DNA of 64,000 bases. It comes from Geosiphon pyriformis uo1. Lineage: Eukaryota > Fungi > Glomeromycota. The stretch spans positions 452,459-516,458 of the forward strand of contig JAAOMT010000009.1 of assembly GCA_016748015.1 (NCBI GenBank), read 5' to 3'. How positions within the stretch are numbered: position 1 is the stretch's first letter; every line of letters starts with the position of its first letter. Below are positions 27,101-40,600 of the stretch, in pieces. The notes below the pieces were generated by a model, which saw nothing but the letters and a program-made list of their open reading frames with translations, was not told the DNA's origin and made no database searches. A program made the position numbers and the translations under genes.

Positions 27101-28637
27101 AACCACAGAAATAGAAAACCAACCACCAAATCCTATTCCAGACTTTCCACAACTTTGTGAATATGTTGACATTACATCACAAACAATCTATGGACGAGAT
27201 AAATGTTATTTGCTCCAACCAGAACAATTGGAACAAATGAACATGGGAAACTTAGATCCACTCCAATATATGCAGCTCAAGATATTACTCAACAATTTCA
27301 ATGACATCTTTGCCAGCGAAAATGAGTTTGGCCGAACTAACATTATCCAGCATCAGATCAAAATTGGAGATGCAATGCCAATCAAACAAAGAGCATACAG
27401 AATGCCACCAGCCAGCCATGAAATCATTTGTTAAGAGATAAACAGAATGCTTGACAATGGGCTAATTCAATTATCAATGAGCCCATGGTCATCACCAGTG
27501 GTACTCATCCATAAGAAGAATGGAAAAATCCAGTTTTGTGTAGACTACAGGAAACTCAATGGTGTAACTTATGGAGACAGTTATCCAACTCCATAAATAC
27601 AGGAATTATTCGACGCTTTCGGTGGGAACAAATGGTTCTCAACATTAGATTTGGACAGTGGTTATTAACAAGTAGCCATGAATCCAGCTGATAAAGAGAA
27701 AATAGCATTTACTACTAGAAAAGAGAATTTCAAATTTGAAATGATGTCATTTGGCTTAACCAATGCCTCAGCAACTTTTCAATGGCTAATGGAAATTGTT
27801 TATACTGGCTTATTATGGAAATCAGTAGTTGTATACTTGGACAACATTAATGTATTCTCAAAAACATTTGATAATCATCTTCATCATCTTCAACAAATGT
27901 TCAAAAGACTAAGAAGAGCAGGACTAAAGTTAAATGCAACAAAGTGCTTCTTTGGCAAGACAGAACTAAAATTCTTGGAACACATAGTCAGCAAAGATGG
28001 CATCAAAATGGATCTGGAGAAAATAGAGATAGTAAAAAACTTTCCAGTGCTGACCAATATAACAGAACTGAAATCATTCTTGGGATTTGCCAGCTACTAT
28101 TGACGTTTTATCAAGAACTTTTCCAAGATAGCGCAGCCACTCAACCAACTGCAAAACAAAGATACAAAATATGAATGGACCGAAAGTCAACAAGAAGCTT
28201 TTGATATTCTAAAAAGAAAGCTTATACAAGCTCCAGTATTGATCTATCCAGATTACAGCAAACCATTTATCATTACCATGGATACATCCAGCCAGGCATT
28301 AGGAGCAGTACTATCTCAAAGAGGACCAGACAGCAGAAAACATCCAGTGGTATATGCCAGCAGAGGTTTAACACCAGCCGAAAAGAACTATAGAACACCG
28401 GAAAAAGAACACTTAGCAATATACTGGTCAGTCATGAAATGGAAAGAATATTTGAGCCAGAAGTTTGAAGTATACACAGATCACAAGGGATTAACATCAC
28501 TCCAAAAAGAAGAATTTGGAGATAGAAGACAGTCAAGATGGAAAATAGCATTTGTACTATACAATTATACTATACATTACAAAAAAGAAAAAGACAACAG
28601 AAATGCGGACAGTTTATCACGAATGAGACAAATCTAA
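24152..28637 (+). pseudogene. Element C polyprotein (partial Gag/PR, Cys-rich, dUTPase, RT, RNase H)
   Basis: Homologous to B; junction at about 24850 skips the capsid and the N-terminal half of the protease. Confidence 0.88.
26411..26810 (+). pseudogene. dUTPase domain of element C
   Basis: Motif remnants AGFNL, KSS, GGIIDTGYVG, IAQ, RIQRFGST. Confidence 0.9.
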
Positions 28638-28700
28638 GAACATTTTAACCCAAAAATATAACAAAACCAGAACAATACCAACAGAAAAATACAACAAAAG

Positions 28701-30083
28701 ATGAACATACAAAAATATCAACAATTTCAACATTATATAAACACTCAACAGTTCAAGGAGAATTTATCTCAAACAGAACAAAAGAGTATCAAACAACAAT
28801 CAAAATATTTTATCACTCACCAAAATATACTTTATTGGAAAAATAGAAGGGATCCAGATCAACCAATCAGAGTAATTATGGAGCCAGAAAAAGAGACAAT
28901 ATTATTCAACATGCACTTAAATCCAACAGCAGGACATTTTCACAAAGAAGCAACCATGGAAAGAACCAGAAAGAGATACTATTGGCCATCAATGTACCCA
29001 GACATCATTCAATATGTTCAAAATTGTGATGCTTGTCAGCGAAGAGAAGGAACAAGACCCAGTGAATCATTAAAACCAATCAAAGTAGAACAACCATTTG
29101 ACCATATTGGAATTGATTTAGTCGGACTATTAACAATCACCAGCAGAGGAAACAGATACATAGTGGTAGCTATGGACTATCTTACTAAATGGCCAGAGGC
29201 AAAAGCAATTCAAAGAGTGGATGCAGAATCCGTTGCCGAATTCATTCATCAGGATTTGATTTGTTAACATGGATGTCCAAAAGAATTATTATCAGACCAA
29301 GGAACTCATTTTGTGAACCAAACATTAACAGAATTGAGCCAAAGATTCGGAATCAAGAGACCATTATCATCACCATACCATCCACAAACCAACGGATTAG
29401 TAGAAAGATTCAATAGAACACTGTGTGAAGCAATAGCTAAGCTCAGCCAAGAAAACCAGAATGATTGGAATTTGTTCATACCATCAGTATTATTTGCTTA
29501 TCGGACAATGAAACAAGATACTACACAAGCAACACCATTTGAATTAGTATATGGGAGAACAGTAACGTTACCAGTAGAAAAAGAAATTAATACATATTCA
29601 GCTGAACCAATAACAGAAGAAAATTTTCAAGAAACATTGCTGAGAAGAACATATGACTTAATGGAAACATTGGAAAACAAATGAAGAAGAGCAGCTGATA
29701 ATATTCAAAAGTTACAAGAAAAACAGAAAGAAAGACATAATAGTCAACTACCAGACAAACCAGTTGAATTCAAGATTGGAGACAAAGTATTACTACATTG
29801 TACCAAAGTGGAAAAACAATGGAGTGGAAAATTCGATCCCAAATAGGATGGACCATTTCACATAGAAAAAATTCTAGAAAATAGAGCTTACAAATTAAGA
29901 TTGGATAACAAAATTTTAACCAAAACAGCACATGGAGGTCGACTGAAGCCATATCATGATATCACACTACCATCTACCAGTAATATTTCACAATTAGAAG
30001 TACAGAGAATACTAGTCTGACCAGATGAGATTCCACGAGATCTGGAACCAATAGTTATTATTAACAACAACACATTAAATTGA
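28701..30083 (+). pseudogene. Element C integrase ORF (about 460 aa)
   Basis: HHCC, GIDLVG / SDQG / VERFN DDE core, DGPFHI GPF motif; no chromodomain seen. Confidence 0.92.
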
Positions 30084-30138
30084 TCAATCAAAAAGAATAT
30101 ATAAAGACATGGTAGACGTGACAGGAAATATCAGAAAA

Positions 30139-30768
30139 ATGGAAATTACAGACAATATTCACATACTAGCACACCAACTCTTTCAATTAATCCAACACCA
30201 GGAAATGGAGATTACAATCAACCAACAAACCATTCGATATCAAGATACTAGAAAGATATTACAACTTAGAATACCAAAAAAAAATGAAGATACAGTGAAC
30301 AAAATCATGGTGAAAGTAAAATTAGCAATAAAAGAATCAACAAAAAAGTCACTATATTAAGAGTTGACTAAAGAAACTTGGAATTGGTGGATACAACAAT
30401 TTCCAAGAAACTATTGTTATTTTTACTTGGGACAACACATAAATATCCAGAATTTATATACAGATAAAACAAAGTAATTATTCGACAAAAGAATACTACA
30501 ACAATTAGAACATTTTGTGGGAAAGAACAACTTATCCACACAAGCCCGAGCCATATACCAAATACACACAGCATTTCAAAATAAACCAGAAATATTGCTC
30601 AACAAAGCAATGGATATAGTCACCAATAATCAATTGGAAAAAATCACCAACACTCAATTTGAAGAAGTACAGACCCAAATAACACAAGTAATTCTTGAAA
30701 AAAAAATCCAGAAAATACTTCAAGAGGGGGAATTACATAAGTTGGATTTCAACAGAGTTCAATATTAA
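30139..30768 (+). pseudogene. Element C third ORF (orphan, about 210 aa)
   Basis: ORF-track pieces 30109-30360 and 30517-30768 are in one frame, broken only by CAA>TAA-type stops. Confidence 0.8.
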
Positions 30769-30781
30769 AAGAAGGGAATAA

Positions 30782-31632
30782 TGTTACTCATAGAAATATA
30801 GGAAATATATTAGCATAATTATTAGCCAATCAGAAGTAAGCGTAGTAAATGTGGAATTCCAGAATTCTTCTCAGGAATTACAGGATTCCAGAAATTTCAG
30901 AATTCTCTAACAAGGAATTACAGGATTCCAGAATTTCAGGATTCCTCTCAAAAAAATCACAGAATTCCAAGAATTCCAGGATTCCTGTCATAAAAAACCG
31001 AGGAATTGAGAAATCTCAATTATGTATATATAGCAGTAGTGTTAAAAACAGAAAAGACAGAATCAATACCACAGAATCCTTAGCCTAGAAACAAAAATCA
31101 TCAAATAAATAATTATTTCATATCTCAATCTACTCTTTACTATCAACACTTCATGTTGATAATAAGTGATACTTAACTACACTAGAACAATAGCTCTTAA
31201 TCACGGCTATTGATGGAATACTAATCTGCAAATTGCCTTGGCTTATTTCTTTTCTTTCTTTATTTTTCTCTTATTTTTCTTTATTTTATTTTGATTTATT
31301 ATTGTGCACTAACCCATTGATTGAAAAGTGCTGATTACTGACATCAAGGATTGCCTGATAAAAGACTCCTGCGAGAGGGTAAGACATGTACAGAAGATAC
31401 AGATTACTTACCAGAGGATTGCTGGCCACCAAGCCAAGAAAAGAATTGACAAACTTGCAAGTCTGGGAAGCTACAGATAAAACAACTATTGAATCTCTGT
31501 TTATTATACAAAAGACTCCATCAAAATCTTCAGATACAATGCTTGCAGAACCTCATCAATAGAAATAGCTTCACAAGCACCAAGTTATGGGTTTGTTATT
31601 TATTTCAACAGCAGAAATAATCCCCTGTAACA
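30782..31632 (+). repeat. 3' LTR of element C
   Basis: TGTTACTCATAG..CCTGTAACA. Confidence 0.93.
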
Positions 31633-32415
31633 ACATTTTGGAAGACCAAAACGAGTGGGAAAATGGGATAATACACTATGTATAGTCTGTGGAGAAACTC
31701 TCCTCAACGAAGAAATGTGGAATGACATTCCGGGGAGAGGAAGAATGTGCGACATGTCCTGCCAATACACAATCCTCATCAGCAACTGAATCAAGAAAGG
31801 AACACCCATTGAAGCTGCCTGGAGAAGAACTGTACAGCGATTGGACAGTTGTCCACACGATAATGATGAATTATGGTGGATGGCAATTGCCAAAATTGAA
31901 GGTGCATCACCAAAAGAAATCAGAACAATTAAAAACAACCCACCAGAACCCATCGAGCTTGACTGGAATGCAGAGCCAGTCATAAATTTTCTGGAACCAG
32001 AAAAGTTCTATGAACACTACCAAAACTTGGCACCCACTAGAGAAGAGCAAAAACAATGGTTAGCACAGTTAAATACAAGACTGTATTGCCAATGTTTAAT
32101 TCCCAGTGACTTTGAATATTGTGACAATTGTAACTTTATTTACAATCCACCACCATACATGATCTACACAATCCCTGAAGAAGAAGAACCAATCAGCAGC
32201 TGTGCATTAGAATCAAAATTGCTAATCAATCACAATCTAGACTCCGATGACAACAACAAAACACTGATTCCAGCTCCATTTAAAATGGCAATGACAACAA
32301 AAATGATTCAAACTCAGATTCAAACTCAGATTTAAACTATGAACAATACATTGCACTACCAGATCTCTCCAAAGAACAAGAATTGAAATAGTATAATGAC
32401 AATGGGAAAGGTATT

Positions 32416-32810
32416 ATGCCAGAACATGCACATGATACTGATGCAGGATTTGATCTGAGGTATCCAGAAAAAAAGGCCATCAAATTGGAACCACATTCAT
32501 GTACCTGTATTGATCTGAAAGTAGCACTAGAAATTTCGGCAACAACAATGGTTCAATTAGCATCTAGAAATAGTTTAGCAAAAAGAGGGATTAATATAAG
32601 AGGAGGAATAATTGACGCGGGATATATAGGAAATATCATCGTTATGCTATAAAATAACTCAGAAAAGACCTATGTAATAGAGCCCAACAAAAAGATAGCA
32701 CAGGCAATATTCCTGCCTCTGGTTAGAGTAGTTCAGTTAGTATCAGTAGGAAAGAGGGAGGAATTAGGAATAACAGCGAGAAGAATACAGGGATTCAGAT
32801 CAACGGGTAG
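32416..32810 (+). pseudogene. dUTPase domain of element B
   Basis: Five trimeric dUTPase motifs: AGFDL, SRNS(RSS), GIIDAGYIG, IAQ, RRIQGFRSTG. Confidence 0.92.
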
Positions 32811-34686
32811 AATAGATGTACCAGTTAATATGGCAGAGGAAGAAATTGTTGGCCAAGGAGAAATTATCTCAACCAGTCAAGCTATTTCCATTTCTTCATA
32901 TAACCAGTATATGCTAGCAATAGAAAGGAAGGAAAAAGACCAAGCACAAATTTTTGAAGCAGAAGTCAGTCTTTGTGAATTAGGAGAAGTTGGACTTATC
33001 AATCTCCACATACCAGCCAAAGATTACAGTCACATCAAAATTCCCATCTACAACAATACAGGAAATGTCATAGAAATACCAGCCGGAATCATTATTGGAT
33101 ACTTAAACACTAAAATGGAGGATCAACTACCAAACCCCATTCCAGACTTTTGACAACTTTGTGGATATGTCGATATCACATCACAAACAATATACAGATG
33201 AAGTAAATGTTATTTGCTCCAACCAGAACAATTGAAACAAATAAACATGGGAAACTTAGATTCACTTCAATATATGCAACTCAAGATGTTGCTCAACCAG
33301 TTCAATGACATCTTTGCCAGCGAAAATAAGTTTGGCTGAACCAACATTATCCAACATCAGATTAAGACTGGAGATGCAATGCCAATTAAACAAAGAGCAT
33401 ACAGAGTGCCACCAGTCAGCCACGAGATTATTTGTCAAAAGATAAACCAAATGCTTGACAATGGGCTAATTCAGCCATCAATAAACCCATGGTCATCACC
33501 AGTGATACTCGGCCATAAGAAGAATGGAAAGATCTGATTTTGTGTGGACTACAGAAAACTCAATAGGATAACTCGTGGAGACAGCTATCTAACTCCATGG
33601 ATACAGAAATTATTTAATGCTTTTGGCAGAAACAAATGGTTCTCAACATTAGACTTAGATAGTGGTTACTGGCAGGTAGCCATGGATCCAGCTGACAAAG
33701 AGAAGACAGCATTTACCACGAGAGAAGGGAATTTTGAATTTGAAGTAATGCCATTTAGTTTAACCAATGCACCAGCCACTTTCCAATGGCTAATGGAAAT
33801 CATTTATACTGGCTTATTGTGGAAATTAGTAGTTGTATACTTAGATGACACCAACGTATTTTCAAAAACATTTGATGATCATCTTCATCATCTTCAACAA
33901 GTGTTCGAAAGACTAAGAAAAGCAGGGCTAAAGTTAAATGCAACAAAGTGTTTCTTTGGCAAGACAGAGCTAAAATTCTTGGGACACATAGTTAGCAAAG
34001 ATGGCATCAAAACAGATCCAGAGAAAATAGAGATAGTAAAGAACTTTCCAGTACTAACCAATATGACAGAACTAAAATCATTCTTGGTATTCGCCAGCTA
34101 CTATCGACATTTTATCAAGAACTTTTTCAAAATAGCACAGCCACTCAACCAACTGCAAACCAAGAATACCAAATATGAATGGGCAGAAAGTCAACAAGAA
34201 GCTTTTGACATTTTGAAAAGAAAGCTCATTCAAGCTCCAGTACTGATTTATCCAGATCACAGCAAACCATTCATCATTACTACCAATGCATTCGGCCAAG
34301 CATTGGAAGCAGTATTATCTCAGAGAGAACCAGACAGCAGAGAACATCCAGTAGCATATGCCAGCAGAAGTTTAACACCAGCCGAAAAGAACTATAGAAC
34401 ACCAGAACAAGAACACTTAGCAATATACTGGGCAGTCATGAAATGGAAAAAATACTTGAGCCAGAAGTTTGAAGTATACACAGATCACAAGGGATTAACA
34501 TCACTCCAAAAAAAGAATTTGGAGATAGAAAATGGCACTCGCACTATACAATTATACTATACATTACAAAAAAAGAAAAAACAATGGAAATGTTGATGGT
34601 TTGTCACAAATGAGACAAATCTAAGAACATTTTAACACAAAAATATAACAAAACCAGAACAATACCAACGAAAAATATAACAAAAA

Positions 34687-36068
34687 ATGAACACACAAAA
34701 ATATCAACAACTGCAACATTATATAAACACTCAACAGTTCAAGGAGAATTTATCTCAAATGGAATGAAAGAGTATCAAACAACAATCAAAATATTTTATC
34801 ACTCACCAAAATATACTTTATCAAAAAAATAGAAAAATCCAAATCAACCAACCAGAGTAGTTACAGAACCAGAAAAAGAGACAATATTATTCAACATGCA
34901 CTTAAATCCAACAGCAGGACATTTTTACAAAGAAGCAACCATGAAAAGAACCAAAAAAAGATACTATTGGCCATCAATGTATCCAGACATCATCCAATAT
35001 GTTCAAAATTGTGATGCTTGTCAGCGAAGAGGAGGTATGAAACCCAGTGAACCATTAAGACCAATCAAAGTAGAACAACCATTCGACCATGTTGGAATTG
35101 ATCTAGTCAGACCATTAACAATCACCAGCAGAGAAAACAGGTACATAGCAGTCGCCATGGACTATCTCACTAAATGGCCAGAGACAAAAGCAATTCAAAG
35201 AGTGGATGCAGAATCTGTTGCCAAATTTGTTCATCAGGATTTGATCTGTTGACATAGATGTCCAAAAGAATTATTATCAGACCAAAGAATTCATTTTGTG
35301 AACAAAACATTAACAGAATTGAGCCAAAAATTCGGAATTAAGAGACCACTATCATCACCATACCATCCACAAACCAATGAATTAGTCAAAAAATTCAACA
35401 GAACATTGTGTGAAGCAATAGCTAAACTCAGCCAAGAAAACCAGAATGATTGGGATTTGTTGATACCATCAGTACTATTTGTTTATCAGACAATGAAGCA
35501 AGATACTATACAAGCAACACCATTTGAATTAGTATATGGTAGAACAGCAATACTACCAGTGGAAATAGAAGTCAGCACATACCCAACTAAACCAATAACA
35601 GAAGAGAATTTCAAAAATACATTGTTGAGAAAAACATATGACTTAATGGAAACATTAAAAAACAAATGACAAAGAACAGCTGATAACATACAAAAGTCAC
35701 AAGAGAAACAAAAAAAAAGACATAATAACCAACTACCAGATAAACCAGTTGAATTCAGGATTGGAGACAAAGTACTATTACATCGTACCAAAGTGGAAAA
35801 ACAATGGAGTGGAAAATTTGACCCCAAATGAGACAAATCATTTCACATAAAAGAAATTCTAGGAAATGGAGCTTACAAATTAAGATTGAATGACAAAATC
35901 TTGACCAAAGCAGCACATAGAGATTGACTGAAACCATACCACCATATAGCATCATCATCCACTAGTAATATTCCACAATTAGGAGTACAGAGAATACTAG
36001 TCCAACCAGATGAGATTTTATGAGATCTGGAACCAATCATTATCATTGACAACAACACGTCCAATTGA
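34687..36068 (+). pseudogene. Element B integrase ORF
   Basis: ATG 62 nt after polyprotein stop; HHCC and DDE motifs. Confidence 0.9.
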
Positions 36069-36121
36069 TTGACAAAAGAATATATAAGAACATGGTCGAC
36101 GTGACAGAAGAGAACAGAAAA

Positions 36122-36751
36122 ATGGAGATTACAGACAATATCCATTCACTAGCCCAACAAATTTTTCAATTAATCCAACATCAAGAGATGAAAATTACCA
36201 TCAATCAACAAACCATTTGGTACAAAAATACGGCAAAGATACTACAAAACAAAGCACAGAAAAGACTTGAAAATGTGGTTGACAAGATTATGACTAAGAT
36301 AAAATTGGCCATGAAAGAACAACAAATAGTCAGATTACACCAAGAACTTATCAGAAAAACTTGGACTTAGTGGATACAACAATTTCCAAGAAACTATTGT
36401 TATTTTTACTTAGGACAACACATAAATATCCAGAATCTATATATAGATAAAACAAAGCAATTATTTGACAAAAAAATACTACAACAATTAGAACATTTTG
36501 TGGGAAAGAACAACTTATCCACACAGGCTCGAGCTATATACCAAATACACACAGCATTTCAGGATCGACCAGAAATTCTACTCAACAAAGCAATGGATAC
36601 AGTTACCAGTAATCAATTGGAAAAAATCACCAATGCTCAATTTGAAAAATTACAGACTCAAATAACACAAGTAATTCTCGAAAATGAAATTTAGAAAATA
36701 CTTCAAGAGGAAGAATTAAATAAATTGGATTTCAACGGAGCTCAATATTAA
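36122..36751 (+). pseudogene. Element B third ORF (orphan)
   Basis: MEITDNIHSLAQQIFQL..DFNGAQY*, closely similar to ORF3 of C. Confidence 0.8.
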
Positions 36752-36764
36752 AAGGAGAGAATAA

Positions 36765-37657
36765 TATTACTTATAGAATATAAGAAATATAGTATTATTA
36801 GTCAGTAGATATCAGCCAATCAAAGGTAGACGTAGTAAATGTGGAATTCCAGAATTTCTCTCAGAGGAATTGCAAGATTCCAGAAATTTCAGAATTCTCT
36901 AACAAGGAATTCCAGAATTCCAGAATTCCAGAATTCCTCTCATTAGGAATCGCAGGATTCCAGGAATCTTAGGATTCTTGTTGCAAAGAATTAAGGAATT
37001 GAAGAATCTCAATTATGTATATATAGCAGTAGAATTAGAACCTGAAAAGACAAACCTCTCAGTTTAGATTTAATCTAAGAAACATTCTAGTTCCCAATCA
37101 TCAAATAAATAATTATTTCATATCTCAACTCACTTTCTACTATCAACACTCTATGTTGATAGTAATTGATACTTAACCACGCTGGAACAATAGCTCTTGA
37201 TTATGGTTATTGATGAGATACTAACATACCAAATTGCCTTGGCTTATTTTCTCTATTTTCTTTATTTTTTATTTTCTTTATTTTATTTTCTTTATTTTTT
37301 TGATTTTGTTGTTGTATACTAATTGATTAAAAAATTAAGCACTGAGTTATTGACATCAAGGATAGCCTGGTAAAAGACCCAGAAATAAGGGTAGGATTTT
37401 ATATATTATCAGATAGCTTACTAGAAGGGCATGACTGCCAGACTAAATCTGGTCATCACGCTAAAAAAAAAATTGGGAAAACTCTTGGAAAGATACATCT
37501 ATTATCAACACTATTAAATCTCTGTCTATTATACAAAGAACTCTATCAAAAACCTTCAGATATAACCCTTGCAGAATCTTATCTATGGAAGTAGCTTTTG
37601 AGCACCAAGTTATGGGTTTGTTATTTAATTCAACAGCAGAAATACTCACCTGTAACA
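36765..37657 (+). repeat. 3' LTR of element B
   Basis: Direct repeat of 19191-20083. Confidence 0.95.
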
Positions 37658-40600
37658 GCAACCACTTCTAGAAATAAAATGAGAATTCAACCTATATCCA
37701 CATACACTCTCTTGATGCTTGACTTTATACAATAGAGGATTATAAAATATGCATCACAGAAGAGAAGAAAATACCTCTCCTTAGTTCAGATTATTGTGTA
37801 CATAATAACCACTCATTAAACCAAAATCTGTCATAACTCAGTTGGTACAATCTCTATGAATACTACCAAAAAATTGAATGAATTTGCTGCACATTTTAAT
37901 CCTGACCATACTTTTCTTAAGATGCTTCCAGCAAACCAAATTGTATGCTTTTTGCATGTCTTGCAAAACTAATCATAGCTTTCAGTCTTTTTCTAAAGCA
38001 TTCTCAATAACTAAACCAATTGCAAAAATGAGAGACTAAGTTGTTATACTTTTCAAAACTGAAAAATTGTTCTTACAAAAAACATCAAAGATGCTACATG
38101 TTAAAGAAATCCTGTCAGAAAGAATTTTGGAAAGAATTTTATGAGTCATTTTAATTAAAGCAATAAAATGGGTATTTGTCAGAACACTTTCTCATTCATA
38201 TGGTTTGGGAATCATCGAAACTCAAGCCTCCTTCCAAGAGCTGGGCACTGATTCACTAGACAAACAAGAATTCAAAAACACTAAAAACATATTCAAGACT
38301 ACTTTATTACAATGCTTCTAAAGCTCATTCAATATATCCAAGAGACCAGCAGCTTTGCCATCAGGCAGATTAGAAACCACTTCAAACAATTCATTAAATT
38401 CAATTAAACTCATAATACCAGAAAAAGCTTCATCAAAAACATACTCCAAAGATTGATATTGACAACACCAGTTATTAGAGATATTATCTGTCACTTTACA
38501 CTTCCTAGTCCAACCCTCTATGATCACATCTACCTTAGACTTAACCAAATCAGATTCCAGGATTAGCTTATCATTAACTACCAGATAATCAAGTACCACT
38601 TTGTGAAATAGATGCTTCAGCACACTTCTGATCATATGACTTTTATTCACCTCAAAGCTTTTTATCTTTTTATTAATAGCAGACTCAATGTTTATCTTCT
38701 TAGCCCTCAGAGATTCAGCAAGCTTGGCAACATAATAAGATCTTCTAGCATCAAAAAGAGCAGAATGGATATGATCAAAGCCAGCACTAGAGTCTACTAC
38801 ATTCTAAATAACCAAAGTCTTAACATTGTCCAAAGAAATCTAGTATTTCATAAGAGAATCAAACTTCACACCACTCTTTTCACATGAGGCCTTAACAATC
38901 CTAGAAACCAAAAGCTCCAATTTGTAAAAACTCAGAGATTCCTTAGTAAAGATATCATCAAAGCCTTTAAACCATTTCTTCTTAAACACCTTATTAACCG
39001 AGATAATTATTATTTTGTGAATGATATCCCATATCACATCCAAATCTGAGAACCTTGCAAAGGTGGCAAATTCATTTGAGAACATTGCTGTATTGGCTGA
39101 TATGGCACCCTTAAAATTGTTCTATTTAGTTTCATTGGCACCCTTGAACTCGAACTTCCATCGATCCCTATTTGTCTACTTACAAAGAAAGTTTAATCGC
39201 ATATTCAAAAGTTCACTCAAACCCACAGATACAGAAACAGATTGGTAATCCATGTTAAAATGCTCACTGACTTCTAAAACATTATGATGCACTATCACAT
39301 TGATCAGATTCAGGAAAACAAGCACATAATCAATTGTTTTAATAACACTCCTAGAATTTGTCTAAGTAGACTTCTTTACAGTTGGGCTGCCAACCAAGAA
39401 ATTAACTAGCCCCAAATCAAGGCATTTTTTAAAGCTTACACACTTATGAGAGCCATTCTCATTAAAATCACCACCAAGAATGATGAAAAAAGATTTATTG
39501 ACAGTCTTTGCAATAAGAGAGTTGATATCACCAGCCTGAGAAAACTGAACTGCCAAAGAGGCACCAGTGTAAAGCCCCAAAATTAACACTGAAAATTTAT
39601 TCTTGAAAAGCAACTTAATAAATAGAAGCCAACTAGGCACTTCTAAAATCCTGTACACATGTCTCACTAAAGAAGAGTTTATGACAATCACAACACTAGC
39701 ATCTAGATAACCAGATTCCAAACCAAAAGTAAAGACCTGCACATTATCAAATTTGTTAACAATCCAGAGGCAAACCTTCTCTCTTAACTTTGATTCCATA
39801 AAAATAGAAACTAAATTGTTTTTGTCTTTATGCCAACAAATAACATTGTTCTGTTTTGTAGGATTGTTCAATCCTCTAATATTGCATGTAGTAATTTTTC
39901 AAACCAAATCACTTATTAGAAAAAAAAAACATTCAAGAACCCAAGCCAGCACACAACTGATCAAAACTAAACCAATTGAGGCTTTAAAAGCCACCAACTT
40001 GGACTTCAAACAGTCTACTTTAGTTGTCAAAATTCTTGAACTATTAAGGCCCAGAGCTGGAACAACAGAGGAAGATACAGACACTACCACAGAATCATTC
40101 AAAACCATATTTGAATTTAAATCTAAGTTGATGTTTATCAGGACAACCAGATGACCAGAAGAAGGAAAAAAGGCCAAAAACACCAATTCTATGCCACTAA
40201 TCTTACACACAATACCAGAAACTTAATCATTCAAGAGCTTTAAGAAATGTTCCAAAGAGGCCAAATAAGCACTTAAAGATGAATTATTGGTCAGGACAAA
40301 AGAAGAACTACCACCCAAACCCAAGGCACCAGAGGAAAAAGAACCAAAACCAAAACCAGAATCAAACTAAAAACCACCAGAAGAAGATACAAAAGAGACT
40401 ACTTGAGCCCATGACTTGCCACCAAAAGCAGCAAAGTGAGAGATAGGAACATTTTTCTTGGCATATAATCTGGCCAACTGAAAATGACTTATATCAAAAG
40501 CATTTCTTTTAAAGTTTTTAGAAGGAGCAGACACCAGAGTGTTAAAAGCATCACATTTCAAAGCTGAGTGTTCAAACTTCCTACACCTTTTACACCAAAC

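Larger units (their letters stand above)
23332..31632 (+). mobile_element. Ty3/Gypsy element C nested in B, with internal gag/protease deletion
   Basis: LTRs 23332-24092 and 30782-31632; TSD ATGT/ACAT (ancestral ACGT); PBS 24095; PPT about 30767-30781. Confidence 0.93.
20146..34624 (+). pseudogene. Element B polyprotein Gag-PR-Cys-rich-dUTPase-RT-RNase H (about 2050 aa once element C is removed)
   Basis: ORF fragments 20146, 21292, 21556 and 22006 share one frame, which continues across the C insertion; LILDS protease, AGFDL dUTPase, YLDD RT. Confidence 0.9.
19191..37657 (+). mobile_element. Ty3/Gypsy element B, full length, containing nested element C
   Basis: 893-bp LTRs 19191-20083 and 36765-37657; TSD GCAA (19187-19190/37658-37661); PBS 20086; PPT about 36750-36764. 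Confidence 0.95.

Noticed and set aside
30139-30768. ORF3 as a retroviral envelope or chromodomain
   Set aside because: Too short for env, no signal or transmembrane segment, no chromodomain aromatic-cage pattern
36840-36990. GGAATTCCAG repeats as CRISPR array or heat-shock elements
   Set aside because: No unique spacers and eukaryotic LTR context; HSE-like matches probably arise from G>A decay
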